A stretch of 64,000 nt of DNA. Origin: Candidatus Saccharimonadota bacterium. GTDB lineage: Bacteria; Patescibacteriota; Saccharimonadia; UBA4664. Below the pieces are notes generated by a model. It was not told where the DNA came from. It saw only the letters and a program-made list of their open reading frames with translations, and searched no databases. The stretch's first letter is position 1, and the number at the start of each line of letters is the position of its first letter. The stretch spans positions 103,820-167,819 of the forward strand of contig JACAFG010000002.1 of assembly GCA_019352195.1 (NCBI GenBank), read 5' to 3'. A program made the translations under genes and the position numbers. Positions 38,095 to 47,455 of the stretch are shown here, piece by piece.

Positions 38095-39279
38095 TCAGAC
38101 GGGCGATTCTTGGTAAAACATGAGACCGAGTTTTATCTGGAGGGCGTCGTCGAAATGGCGCGGATCTAAGTGAATAAGTTTTTTGGTCTTATCCAAACGG
38201 TAGATCAGTGTATTGCGATGGATGTGTAATTTCTCGGCCGCATCGGTGAGATTTAGACCAGTTGCCAAAAAGGCCTGAACTGTCTTAAATAGCTGATCGT
38301 CGCGCAGCAAGGGGGACAATATTTGATGAGCCAACTCAGCTTTGCGGTCGGCAGACGTGTTGGCTAAGGTGATGAACATGCCAACGCGCTTGATGTGATA
38401 TACCTTACCGGGCCCCCATACTTTGGTGCCGACATCGATTGCGAGCTTAGCATCCTGATAGCTTTTTCGCAGGCCCCCGAGATCGGGATAATACTGACCA
38501 ACGCCAATGGTAATGACCCGGTTAGGTTGTAATTTTTGCAACAGTTGTTGGATTAATTCGCTTTGTTCGGTGAGGTAACGAATAGTGTTCAGGGTGGTGA
38601 GGTGGTCGCCATTGATGCTTTTGAGCAGAACAAACTGATCCGTGTCAAAGTAGGCCACCAGGTTATCTTGGCGATGCCGAAAACTATCACGAATGCTGCG
38701 CGCAATGACTTCCGTAGCATCGTCGAGTTGAAGCTGACGTTCTTCGGCTGATAAATCAGTATGGGCTGCGTGAACGGCGTCTTCCAAGCCTGCTACTTGG
38801 ATAAGAATTACGGATTGCGGTTGTCGCAGGTTGAGCTGCAAAATATCGGCTTGGCGGTGGATGTCATCGGCATCAATACTCGGTGCCGTCAGAGTAGTCT
38901 TTAGAAAATCTGCTCGGACTCGTTCGGCAGACTGAATCTTGTCGAGCAAAAAGTGTTGGTAGACAATTACCTCGGCTAGCCCTTGAAGCAAGGTAATAGC
39001 TTCCTGGGTTATGGGCGCAGTATCGACTGGCAAGCCAAATACGGCAACAGTCGCGTCGTCGTAGATAAAAGGCCACCATTTCGTGGCGCGGTCCCCTAGA
39101 GTTCCAGTGACCGTGTGGCCTGTTTGGGCAACCGACAGGGCTTCGGGCACGAACTGACGGCGGTGACCACTCGAGCTGGCCAATAACTGGCCAGCGAGGT
39201 CGGTTAACACAATGTCGCGCTTAAGGATGGAATGCGCTTTGTCGACAATTTGATGGGCGAGCGCGTTATTGAGCAACAT
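38095..39279 (-). CDS. CdaR/PucR family transcriptional regulator
   Basis: Diacid-recognition-like N-terminus, IGVG, SYQDA, AAEKLHIHRNTLIYRL. Confidence 0.9.
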   Translation of the reverse strand: MLLNNALAHQIVDKAHSILKRDIVLTDLAGQLLASSSGHRRQFVPEALSVAQTGHTVTGTLGDRATKWWPFIYDDATVAVFGLPVDTAPITQEAITLLQGLAEVIVYQHFLLDKIQSAERVRADFLKTTLTAPSIDADDIHRQADILQLNLRQPQSVILIQVAGLEDAVHAAHTDLSAEERQLQLDDATEVIARSIRDSFRHRQDNLVAYFDTDQFVLLKSINGDHLTTLNTIRYLTEQSELIQQLLQKLQPNRVITIGVGQYYPDLGGLRKSYQDAKLAIDVGTKVWGPGKVYHIKRVGMFITLANTSADRKAELAHQILSPLLRDDQLFKTVQAFLATGLNLTDAAEKLHIHRNTLIYRLDKTKKLIHLDPRHFDDALQIKLGLMFYQESPV

Positions 39280-40402
39280 GGCTGGGTCCTACGAAACGAT
39301 TATACAAAATGGCCAGCTTTATCTGCACCGCATCATCAAAGGCCCGCGGGTCGAGGCCAAGGGTTTCGGTGATGCGGTCGAGGCGGTAAACGAGCGTGTT
39401 GCGGTGGATACTCAGCGTTTCGGCGGTTTTAGTGAGGCTCATATCAAAATCGAAGAAAGCTTCGAGGGTCTGGATGATTTCGACGTTTTCACCGAGTCGG
39501 TCGAGCAATTCACGTGAGAAGTAAATGTTGGACTCGTCAACGCCGGAAAGTAGCGGCGCCACCACACCGAAATCATCAATATGGTAGATGCGGTCCTGGT
39601 CCCAAGTTTGAGCACCAAGTTCAATGGCGCTACGAGCCTCCTGGTGGCTTTGGCGTAAGCCATCGAGCCCTGGGTGATAATTGCCAACGCCGACAGTGGT
39701 AGGAAGCTTTAGCTCGCTTTTGAGGATGTTGTAGATGGCACCCAAGCTTTTCTTAAAGGCTTCAAGGCTGGCAGCTAGGTCATCATCGGGGTCGGCCATT
39801 AGGTCTTTAAGGATACAAAATGAGGTTCCGCCTAAATATGACACGACGTTTTCGCGGCTTGAGGTGTAAAACGAGTCGATAGCTCGCGCAATACCAAACT
39901 TGTAACGGGTGAGGCGAACTTCACGGTCATCGGCCGGGTCTTGATAGCGCGAAACAAGCGTTGGATCGTCAATGCGGATGACGATGGCGATACGCGGACG
40001 GTCGAGGTCGATATCAAAGAGGCGGGCCTCAGCGGCTAACAACGGCCAATCGGGCTGTGGCTGATTAAGTAGATCGTAGATAAACTTATCCAGTCGTTCA
40101 TCCTGACGTGGAATTTGCTCCAAGACGATGCTTTGGTGCATGACGAGTTCGGCGATGGAGCGAATGAGGGGCATAATTTCGGTTTGGTTGGGCATTTCGC
40201 GGGTGAGGACAATAAAGCCGACGACACTGCCCCCGTAGGCAAATGGAATCGCCCAAGGAATGCTTGTGAGGTCAATTTTCTCAGCTTTGAGGGTAGTAGT
40301 AGCCGAGAGTGTGCTACCGTCGGGCGTGGTGATACGGAGCTCTTGGCCCGTCAGGGTACTGACTTTAGCGCGGATTTTGTCGGCGATTTGCTGACTGAGC
40401 AT
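39266..40402 (-). CDS. CdaR/PucR family transcriptional regulator
   Basis: VGVG, SHQEA, TAETLSIHRNTLVYRLDRI. Confidence 0.9.
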   Translation of the reverse strand: MLSQQIADKIRAKVSTLTGQELRITTPDGSTLSATTTLKAEKIDLTSIPWAIPFAYGGSVVGFIVLTREMPNQTEIMPLIRSIAELVMHQSIVLEQIPRQDERLDKFIYDLLNQPQPDWPLLAAEARLFDIDLDRPRIAIVIRIDDPTLVSRYQDPADDREVRLTRYKFGIARAIDSFYTSSRENVVSYLGGTSFCILKDLMADPDDDLAASLEAFKKSLGAIYNILKSELKLPTTVGVGNYHPGLDGLRQSHQEARSAIELGAQTWDQDRIYHIDDFGVVAPLLSGVDESNIYFSRELLDRLGENVEIIQTLEAFFDFDMSLTKTAETLSIHRNTLVYRLDRITETLGLDPRAFDDAVQIKLAILYNRFVGPSHVAQ

Positions 40403-40627
40403 GCTCTCATCCCACTTAAGCTGTTAGTTCTTACAAATATGCTAGCGTTATTGACCGACTACCTGCAAGCATAAGGAGTATTGGGCTAACAGATGAGCTT
40501 GAGCCTACATACAGTTTTTAGCCAATGTTCGAACATCGCGATTTAAATGCACAAAGAGGGTAGTCGTTTTAAATGGTTTGCCCCCGCCACCCAAGATCTG
40601 GGCGGCGGGGGCAGTGAACCAGACGGC

Positions 40628-41257
40628 TCAGGTAGCCGTTTTGACGAAGCTACGAATGATCTGGGCTCGCCAATCGGCGACCGATTTGTGAATCGTGTCT
40701 CTAATGGTAGGGAACGCAAGCGCGAGGAAGTCGCCCGGATCAAGGGAGGAAGTGCGGAGCAAGGCCATCAGCTTGGCGTTGCCCTTGAGTGCGTCCTTCT
40801 TGATGGAGGTCGTCGTAACGCTGTCGAACTCGTCTTGAGTGATGGTGCCATTGGCCACCAAAAGACGAAGCTCATTGAGCGTGTCGTCGGTAACCGCAAG
40901 CGCGGGCCGTTTGGACGGGTAGCGCTCAGCGACAAAAGTGCTGAAATCTACCTTTCCGCCCTGGGCATCAAGTTCCTCCCAGTGGCCAAGGACGTAGTCG
41001 ACGACCTTGGACGACAGCGCATCGACCTGGCGGCGATCGCGCGTCGAGAGCCGATCGAGTTCTTCGCGATCGGCCTTGTTGGCTTCGTCGCGCGCACTGA
41101 TGCGCGCACTGATGCGCGCCTCGCGGCTGAGCATTCGCCGCCAAACGCTAAAGAGCTCGGCGCCGAGCGATACAGCTTCGGCGCGGTCGGAGAGGGTAGT
41201 GACGGTCACACGGACCACATCCTTTCGAACGAGAAGTGTCGGGTAAGGTGCAACCAC
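40628..41257 (-). CDS. Mu Gam-like (host-nuclease inhibitor) protein, start uncertain
   Basis: Coiled coil, then DYVLGHWEEL...KVDF...P-ALAV...SIKKDALK resembles the Gam pattern. Confidence 0.5.
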   Translation of the reverse strand: MVAPYPTLLVRKDVVRVTVTTLSDRAEAVSLGAELFSVWRRMLSREARISARISARDEANKADREELDRLSTRDRRQVDALSSKVVDYVLGHWEELDAQGGKVDFSTFVAERYPSKRPALAVTDDTLNELRLLVANGTITQDEFDSVTTTSIKKDALKGNAKLMALLRTSSLDPGDFLALAFPTIRDTIHKSVADWRAQIIRSFVKTAT

Positions 41258-41394
41258 ACTATGGTAGTGGCCTAACCCCGACAGGAGAGGGATCTCTCTG
41301 TGCGACTAACTTACCGCACTTGAGTCAGGTGATCTAGTCAAATACTTTTGACCTCGGTGCGGTCGATCCCCATGAGCTCATTATCGAGCTCGGC

Positions 41395-41715
41395 TTATCG
41401 CTGATGGGCAGCCGATATTTCGCGGCTCAGACTTCGTTTGAGTGTCGTGATGGCCGCTCGGAGGTTCTCGTTGTGGTAGACCGGGTAGGTAAGATCGGTC
41501 CAAACCGTCGGAATGCCAGGGTAGGATACCTCGATTTTTGCTAGGTTGCGACGGCTTGACTCGTGGAAAGCACCGCGATCTCCTGGCGTACACGTGAGCG
41601 TGATCGTCAGCTGCCATTGTGGCAAGGCTTTGATGAGCTCTACAGCCAGCTAGTGTAGACGCTCTACGACATAGTCCCCGCGAAAGATGATTGCGGGCGC
41701 TAAGCGATTGGACAT
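41395..41715 (-). pseudogene. Hypothetical gene interrupted by a single TAG at 41650-41652
   Basis: GGAG SD and ATG 41715 are in frame with ORF 41395-41625. Confidence 0.5.
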
Positions 41716-41729
41716 GATGATCTCCGCTT

Positions 41730-42185
41730 TCAGTTGGAGGAGGGGGCGGGCACCACAGTGGCGGGATCCGAGGCGTCCAAGATGGCTTGTAAGCGCTTGG
41801 CATCGAGGGTAAAATGCGCCTGCTTTCTTTGAATTTCGGTAACAATTTTGCCGGCGATGGCCGCGGCGGTGACGGCAATATCCCAGTTACGCCAAAACTC
41901 GATGTCGGGATTATTGATGGTGCCAATTACTTCGATACCATCAGGGCTGATATAGAAGGCGGCGATCGTGAACCCCACTTCGTAGGTCAACTCTACCGGA
42001 AAATCTAAGCCCCTATAATGCGCGCCAACCACGAAGGTGCTGACATATCGTCCGAGTTCACCCAAATCGGCGATGACTCGCTGCGCGATCTGAAAGGCGG
42101 CCAACTGATCGGCCGGATCGATGTGCGGGTTGGAATTGCGCAGTGTACCGTGACATTTGATGGTGATGGCGGTGGTTACTACCAT
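41730..42185 (-). CDS. Hypothetical protein
   Basis: GGAGG SD before ATG 42185. Confidence 0.6.
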   Translation of the reverse strand: MVVTTAITIKCHGTLRNSNPHIDPADQLAAFQIAQRVIADLGELGRYVSTFVVGAHYRGLDFPVELTYEVGFTIAAFYISPDGIEVIGTINNPDIEFWRNWDIAVTAAAIAGKIVTEIQRKQAHFTLDAKRLQAILDASDPATVVPAPSSN

Positions 42186-42349
42186 GACAACCTCCAGATA
42201 GGCTTGCTTGTGAATGGGCCCGAATTTGAGCTCGCGGGCCCATTGTACACCTAACAATTGCCAATGGCCGTGTTTTCGGCTATCATTTGACCTTGTTCAG
42301 CTCTGTTTTTGCCCTTGTCCGACGGCACAAACATTCGCCCAAACAGCCT

Positions 42350-42426
42350 GGATCCTTAGCTCAGCTGGCTAGAGCACCTCATTGACGTTGAGGGGGTCAG
42401 AAGTTCGAATCTTCTAGGATCCACCA
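42350..42426 (+). tRNA. tRNA-Val(GAC)
   Basis: CCTCA-TTGACGT-TGAGG anticodon arm, CCA. Confidence 0.92.
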
Positions 42427-42803
42427 GAATTTATTTCTCCATGTAAGCGCCGACAGGCGTTTTTTGGTTGCCTAAGGCATGGCCAGCTGTTGGCGCAGCT
42501 GGTGTGATCATGTTGGCCGTGGGGCCATGGGCTCGCAAGAGTTCATGGCCCCTTGTCATCATCTGGACCTGGAGAAACGTCCCTCCGAGTCCTTATGCTT
42601 TAAGCAATAATATGTCGCAAAAATATTTTGAGAGGTAATTGCGACAAATTGAGCCTTTCTAACCTCGTAAGCGCAAGCGGAATTAGTCATATTTACAACA
42701 CTTTTATTGCCCCAAAATCTTTTAGAACTTTGTATCAGGTAGGCGACAGATAGGCTACGTATGATGTCGGTGTCATCGAAAGAGAAACAAAGGGGTAAAC
42801 ATT

Positions 42804-43028
42804 ATGACTAACTTACAGCTCTTGCCCGTGAGGCCGCGGACCCAATCTGGATCGAACGCCGAGATCGTGACGCTTGATAGAACCGAAGATGAGGGGATTA
42901 CGCTTCGGTTTTTGTCACGCACACGCCGCGGCTACGGGCATCGAGAAGTAACTTTGAACGCGGATGTCGCCGAGCAGCTGCTGACGATGTTAACTCGCGA
43001 ACTCGACGGTGACATGGTGATGGGTTAG
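42804..43028 (+). CDS. Small hypothetical protein
   Basis: AGGGG SD; terminator at about 43067-43101. Confidence 0.55.
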   Translation: MTNLQLLPVRPRTQSGSNAEIVTLDRTEDEGITLRFLSRTRRGYGHREVTLNADVAEQLLTMLTRELDGDMVMG

Positions 43029-43148
43029 CGCTTTTTCCACGACAGCGCTAAGACTACGGCAAAAGAGATAACGGATTGCGGAGGGTGCAATCCGTTATTT
43101 TGATTGGCAAAGCGCCTTGGAGCTCGGTATACTGATCGAGTCTGATGA

Positions 43149-43225
43149 GGGCAATTAGCTCAGTTGGTTAGAGCGCTGCATTCACATTGCAGAGGTCACT
43201 GGTTCGAGCCCAGTATTGCCCACCA
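43149..43225 (+). tRNA. tRNA-Val(CAC)
   Basis: CTGCA-TTCACAT-TGCAG anticodon arm, CCA. Confidence 0.93.
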
Positions 43226-43245
43226 AGGTATCATAATTTTTACCC

Positions 43246-43717
43246 ATGGCACTTATTTACGAGACTCCTAATTTTACGATTGAATCGGCCGAGCAGCCGT
43301 TTATTGATCGCCTCGAAGGCGGCCATATTCGAATATTTCCAAAGGTTGCGGTATCAGATCGTACCCAATTAACGCCTGAGCTCGCTATCGAATATACAAA
43401 GTTATCTATGGTAGTGGGGGGAAGCGATGGTAACGGCGCTTGGACGCCAAGGAATTGATATTGGCATTATTAATTATCAGGATATGGGTAATTGGCGCGT
43501 GTTTAAGGCTGGCGGCCCCACACTTCACCTACACGTGTTAGGACGCGCCAAAAACGCCACTATTCAAAAATACGGCGACGCGGTGTATCTGCCGCATCGT
43601 GATAGCGGCTATTACGATGAATTTAGGCCCCTCGATGATGGAGACCGAGATGAACTGGCCCGCGATATTGAGCATCTGCTTAAGACGCCCAAATACGCTC
43701 ATTTTGGCGCAAGTTAA
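43246..43717 (+). pseudogene. HIT-family hydrolase, frameshifted at G6 run 43416-43421
   Basis: Removing one G joins ...MVVG to EAMVTAL...INYQDMGNW...PTLHLHVLGR. Confidence 0.75.
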
Positions 43718-43972
43718 CATGTTCCTTAAAACTAGTGTGTCCGTGTCGGAGCGTAGAGGCAATTCGCGGCTGCTAGGTTAGGGCAATGGATGTCAGTCGT
43801 TATGGCTGTAGTCGATAGGGCGGCTGAAGTATGTCCTCGGCCTAGTTATTTAGGCGAAGCAAGCGGGCCTGCGCGTGGTTAGGGCACAAATTACGATCAG
43901 GCCCCAGCGTTATAGGTGAGGATTTGCACGTTGACAGTGATAAGATGGTGCAATAAGCGGATACCCAAGATT

Positions 43973-44371
43973 ATGAGTGAATTAGCACTAGGTAACGATC
44001 GGGAATCTAACACGCGGGAGCTTGGCAGCACGTCTGGCGAAGATCTGGCCAGCGTAACTTCTATTACCGATGCCCCTAGACTGAGGCCGGAGGCGGCTGA
44101 TCCACTTGAGGCTCAGCATCTGCAACAGCTGAAAGTACTGCAAAGTCGCGAGCAAATTGCGCGTGCTAGTTTTGAGGATTGGGCCAAACTGCGTAATGCT
44201 GATGTAACTGGAGACCGATGGACCGATAAGAATGGAGATAACCTCGATATTCATTATTTGCATGAGGGCGTAGATCTTAATATTGCGCTCCAAGAGGCTA
44301 CCGCTGCCGTTCAGACGTTCATAAATTCGATGCCGGGTGCCGAAACTGTAGCTGGGGCCCAGAGTGCCTGA
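43973..44371 (+). CDS. Hypothetical protein
   Basis: Acidic/Ala-rich ORF. Confidence 0.55.
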   Translation: MSELALGNDRESNTRELGSTSGEDLASVTSITDAPRLRPEAADPLEAQHLQQLKVLQSREQIARASFEDWAKLRNADVTGDRWTDKNGDNLDIHYLHEGVDLNIALQEATAAVQTFINSMPGAETVAGAQSA

Positions 44372-44780
44372 GGGAGGCTCTGGCGAACACAGTCCCGATA
44401 TGGATCGGGTGAGAGATCCGTCCACTGCGCGGCGTGTTGAAACGAGCGAAGTGATGTATGGCCCTGATACCGAAGCGGCAATTCGGGGCAGCTATGCAGC
44501 TAGCGATGAAGCTGCGCGCGCAGCTAAAGCGGAGGCCGTGCGTGCGGAGATTAATGCAAAAGCTAAGCAGCAGATCGACTGGCGCGAAGCTGCCTATCAA
44601 GCGGCCGGTTGGCGTCCAAAAAAGAGCACCAAACTGGTGCCGAACGCCGATGCACCAACGTCAATGGCCGAACAGCGCGTGCCTACGCATGAAGAGTATT
44701 TGGCTTTGGTAGAGAAGCATCAGCTTGGCATGGGTCGTGACACTTCGGTTGTTGATACGCCTGAATTACCAGAACAGTAG
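44364..44780 (+). CDS. Hypothetical protein
   Basis: Overlaps the upstream stop; Ala/Glu-rich. Confidence 0.55.
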   Translation: MPEGGSGEHSPDMDRVRDPSTARRVETSEVMYGPDTEAAIRGSYAASDEAARAAKAEAVRAEINAKAKQQIDWREAAYQAAGWRPKKSTKLVPNADAPTSMAEQRVPTHEEYLALVEKHQLGMGRDTSVVDTPELPEQ

Positions 44781-44902
44781 CCAGATGGCTGGCAGGCAAG
44801 ACGCGGCGAGCATATTCTACTTGAAATTCTTATGCTTTTATGCTAAGGTTAAAACAAGTTCGGGCTCAAAATAAGCTCAAAATAAACAGATCGGAAACTA
44901 TA

Positions 44903-45388
44903 ATGTCAGGACCAGAAAACAGTGCGACCGAGCAGCCGGGAACAGAAGGGCAAGCCGACTACAAGTCATTGTATCTAGAAGCAAATCCAGACGTGTCTGG
45001 AGACAAGCTAGTCGATGATTATGAACAGGCACGATTTGAGGCTAAAGTTTCAAATGAGGCTGCCTCTAAAGCTGCCAAAGCCCGGGAAATCATTGCCAGA
45101 GGCACCGATATGGCTGGAGCAGTTGCCGATGCAGCTGCTCGATTTGATGCGGTTGCCGAGACGACGCAGGATACCGCAGGAGAAGCATATCGGGCAGTTC
45201 ATGACGATAGCTCACCTTTAAGTCCAGAAGCGCAGGCCAAATTGGGCCGTGCCGGCCAAACATTAGATAGGATGGTTCGCTATCAAGACGGAAAGACGAC
45301 GTCAGAGCAGGATGCAGCGCAAGCCAAAGTCATCGGTGATGCGGCGCGAGAGTTTAGAAACGAAGAGCAGGCCAAAGCGGCCTCGTAG
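44903..45388 (+). CDS. Hypothetical Ala/Glu-rich helical protein
   Basis: ORF with terminator actcc-ctccg-gggagttttt. Confidence 0.6.
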   Translation: MSGPENSATEQPGTEGQADYKSLYLEANPDVSGDKLVDDYEQARFEAKVSNEAASKAAKAREIIARGTDMAGAVADAAARFDAVAETTQDTAGEAYRAVHDDSSPLSPEAQAKLGRAGQTLDRMVRYQDGKTTSEQDAAQAKVIGDAAREFRNEEQAKAAS

Positions 45389-45441
45389 AACCGTTTTACG
45401 CAAATTACTCCCTCCGGGGAGTTTTTTGGTATAATGAGGTT

Positions 45442-45601
45442 AGTCCAATGGGTGTTAACGCGGGAGTACCGCCCCGTCAGCCCACGGTATCGGTCCCGCA
45501 GACCGACTCAATGAGAGGATTGCGCCCAGCAATCAAGTCTGGTGGAACCGCCTCATCACTGGGGTCCAGACGCACAAGTTTTTGTGCGTTGTTTTTGTTT
45601 T
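45442..45601 (+). promoter_or_regulatory. T-box riboswitch (Thr, ACC specifier) upstream of thrS
   Basis: TATAAT at 45430; stem I tgggt/actca and gcggga/tcccgc with ACC at 45502-45504; T-box GTCTGG-TGGAACC-GCC pairing with ccagac; terminator gacgcacaa/ttgtgcgtt plus T run. Confidence 0.85.
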
Positions 45602-45616
45602 ATAAGGAGAAATCAG

Positions 45617-47455
45617 ATGGATCATGCTCACGACGACCAATTATTTGCCATGCGGCACAGTCTGGCTCACATTATGGCGACCGCAATCCAGGAGCTGTAT
45701 CCATCGACCAAATTTGGCATTGGGCCGGTGGTAGAAAACGGTTTTTATTACGACGTTGATGTTGAGCCGCGCCTTACTGAAGAAGACCTGCCTAAGATTG
45801 AAGCCAAGATGAAAGAAGTTATTAAGGCCAATTATCCGTTTGAGCACTCAACTATGGGTCTTGATGAAGCTCTTGGCTTCTTTAAGGGCCAAACTTACAA
45901 GATTGAGTTAATTAATGACTTAAAAAATCACGGTACTACGGTGGCGAAAGATATTGATCGAAGCGTGATTGGCGCGAGTGACGAGGCCAAAGTAGACGAA
46001 GTGGGTATATATACCGACGGTCCTTTTACCGACCTCTGCCGAGGGCCACATGTTGAAAGTACGAGTAAAGTAGGTGCCTTCAAACTCATGCGCCTATCTG
46101 GAGCGTACTGGCGCGGCGACGAAAAGAACGCGCAACTACAGCGCATCTATGGTGTAGGATTTACAACAAAAGACGAACTCTTTAAATATCTCGAACTGTT
46201 GAAGGAAGCTGAAAAGCGAGATCACCGCAAGCTGGGCAAAGAAATGGATTTGTTTGTGTTTAGCGATCTAGTGGGGGCCGGCTTGCCTTTGTTTACCCCC
46301 CGCGGAACGGTGATACGCGACGAGCTCAATAATTTCTCACAAGAACTACAGGGTAAGGGCGGTTATCAGCGCGTGGCCATTCCGCACATGACCAAGGTTG
46401 AGTTGTACAAAACTTCGGGCCATTACGACAAGTATCCGGAGCGCTTCAGTGTGACCAGCTTTGAGAGTGACGATGAGTTCATGATGAAGCCGATGAACTG
46501 TCCGCACCACACCCAAATTTACGCTAGCCGTCCGCGGAGCTATCGAGACATGCCAATCCGCTACATGGAAACGACGGTTGTCTACCGCGACGAGAAGGCA
46601 GGCGAGATGATGGGGCTGAGCCGGGTTCGCGCCGCTACCCAGGATGATAGCCATGCCTTTGTTCGACCAGATCAAATTGAGAGCGAGTTTGAGTCTATCT
46701 TCAACATGATTAAGATCATGTATACCGATGTTTTTGATATGCCGTATCGCGTGCGGCTGGCTTTCCGGGACGACACCGATAAGTATTTTGGTGATATTAA
46801 ATTATGGAACTCGGCTCAAGCCTCGATTCAGAAGATTGCCGACAAATTGGGCGTTAAGTACACCATTGAAGAGGGTGAAGCAACGTTTTATGGGCCCAAA
46901 ATTGAGTTTGTAGTGAAAGATGCGCTTGGACGAGAGAACCAGTGCGGCACTATTCAGCTCGACTTTGTACAGCCAGAACGATTTGGGCTGGAATACACCG
47001 ATGACAAGGGCCAAATGGTGCGGCCGGTGATGGTCCACAAGGCGCTCTTGGGATCACTTGAGCGATTTATGGCCGTGATGATTGAGCACTATGCTGGTGC
47101 GTTCCCATTGTGGCTGGCGCCTGAGCAAATACGGTTGGCACCCATTAATGACTCGAAAGAGATCATGGATTACACGTACGAGCTAAAAGCTAAGCTGACG
47201 GCTGCCGGGCTCAGAGCCGAAGTAGACAGCAGCGTGGAGAGCGTGGGTAAGAAAATTCGCGCGGCTGGACTTGCGAAAGTGCCATATACGCTGATTATTG
47301 GCGAGCAAGAGCGCGAGAGTGGCAAGATGAAGCCACGTCTACGAACGGGACATGCTCGCAGTGATGACGAAATTGGCGAGCTGAGTGTTGAAGAGTTTGT
47401 GGCTAAATTGGCCCAGGAAGTGGCCGACCGGTCACCTAAGAGTTTATTGTCCTAA
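45617..47455 (+). CDS. thrS: Threonine--tRNA ligase (no N-terminal TGS domain)
   Basis: RHSLAH, DLCRGPH, RDHRKLG, KPMNCP, FYGPK, QCGTIQLDF; AAGGAG SD before ATG 45617. Confidence 0.97.
   Translation: MDHAHDDQLFAMRHSLAHIMATAIQELYPSTKFGIGPVVENGFYYDVDVEPRLTEEDLPKIEAKMKEVIKANYPFEHSTMGLDEALGFFKGQTYKIELINDLKNHGTTVAKDIDRSVIGASDEAKVDEVGIYTDGPFTDLCRGPHVESTSKVGAFKLMRLSGAYWRGDEKNAQLQRIYGVGFTTKDELFKYLELLKEAEKRDHRKLGKEMDLFVFSDLVGAGLPLFTPRGTVIRDELNNFSQELQGKGGYQRVAIPHMTKVELYKTSGHYDKYPERFSVTSFESDDEFMMKPMNCPHHTQIYASRPRSYRDMPIRYMETTVVYRDEKAGEMMGLSRVRAATQDDSHAFVRPDQIESEFESIFNMIKIMYTDVFDMPYRVRLAFRDDTDKYFGDIKLWNSAQASIQKIADKLGVKYTIEEGEATFYGPKIEFVVKDALGRENQCGTIQLDFVQPERFGLEYTDDKGQMVRPVMVHKALLGSLERFMAVMIEHYAGAFPLWLAPEQIRLAPINDSKEIMDYTYELKAKLTAAGLRAEVDSSVESVGKKIRAAGLAKVPYTLIIGEQERESGKMKPRLRTGHARSDDEIGELSVEEFVAKLAQEVADRSPKSLLS

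Noticed and set aside
40547-41275. 242-aa plus-strand ORF
   Set aside because: It is the antisense shadow of the minus-strand Gam-like ORF, which has the terminator and a more protein-like sequence. Most other short overlapping ORFs in the track were dismissed the same way.
43874-43920. Resemblance to a pistol ribozyme (cgtggttagggc...aaatta...gcccc-agcg...aggtg)
   Set aside because: P1 would be only 3 bp, P3 cannot form and P2 pairing is poor. Likely coincidence unless a covariance model scores it.
40628-45388. Prophage or genomic island around the two tRNA-Val genes
   Set aside because: No integrase, structural genes or duplicated tRNA-Val ends were found; only scattered ORFans.
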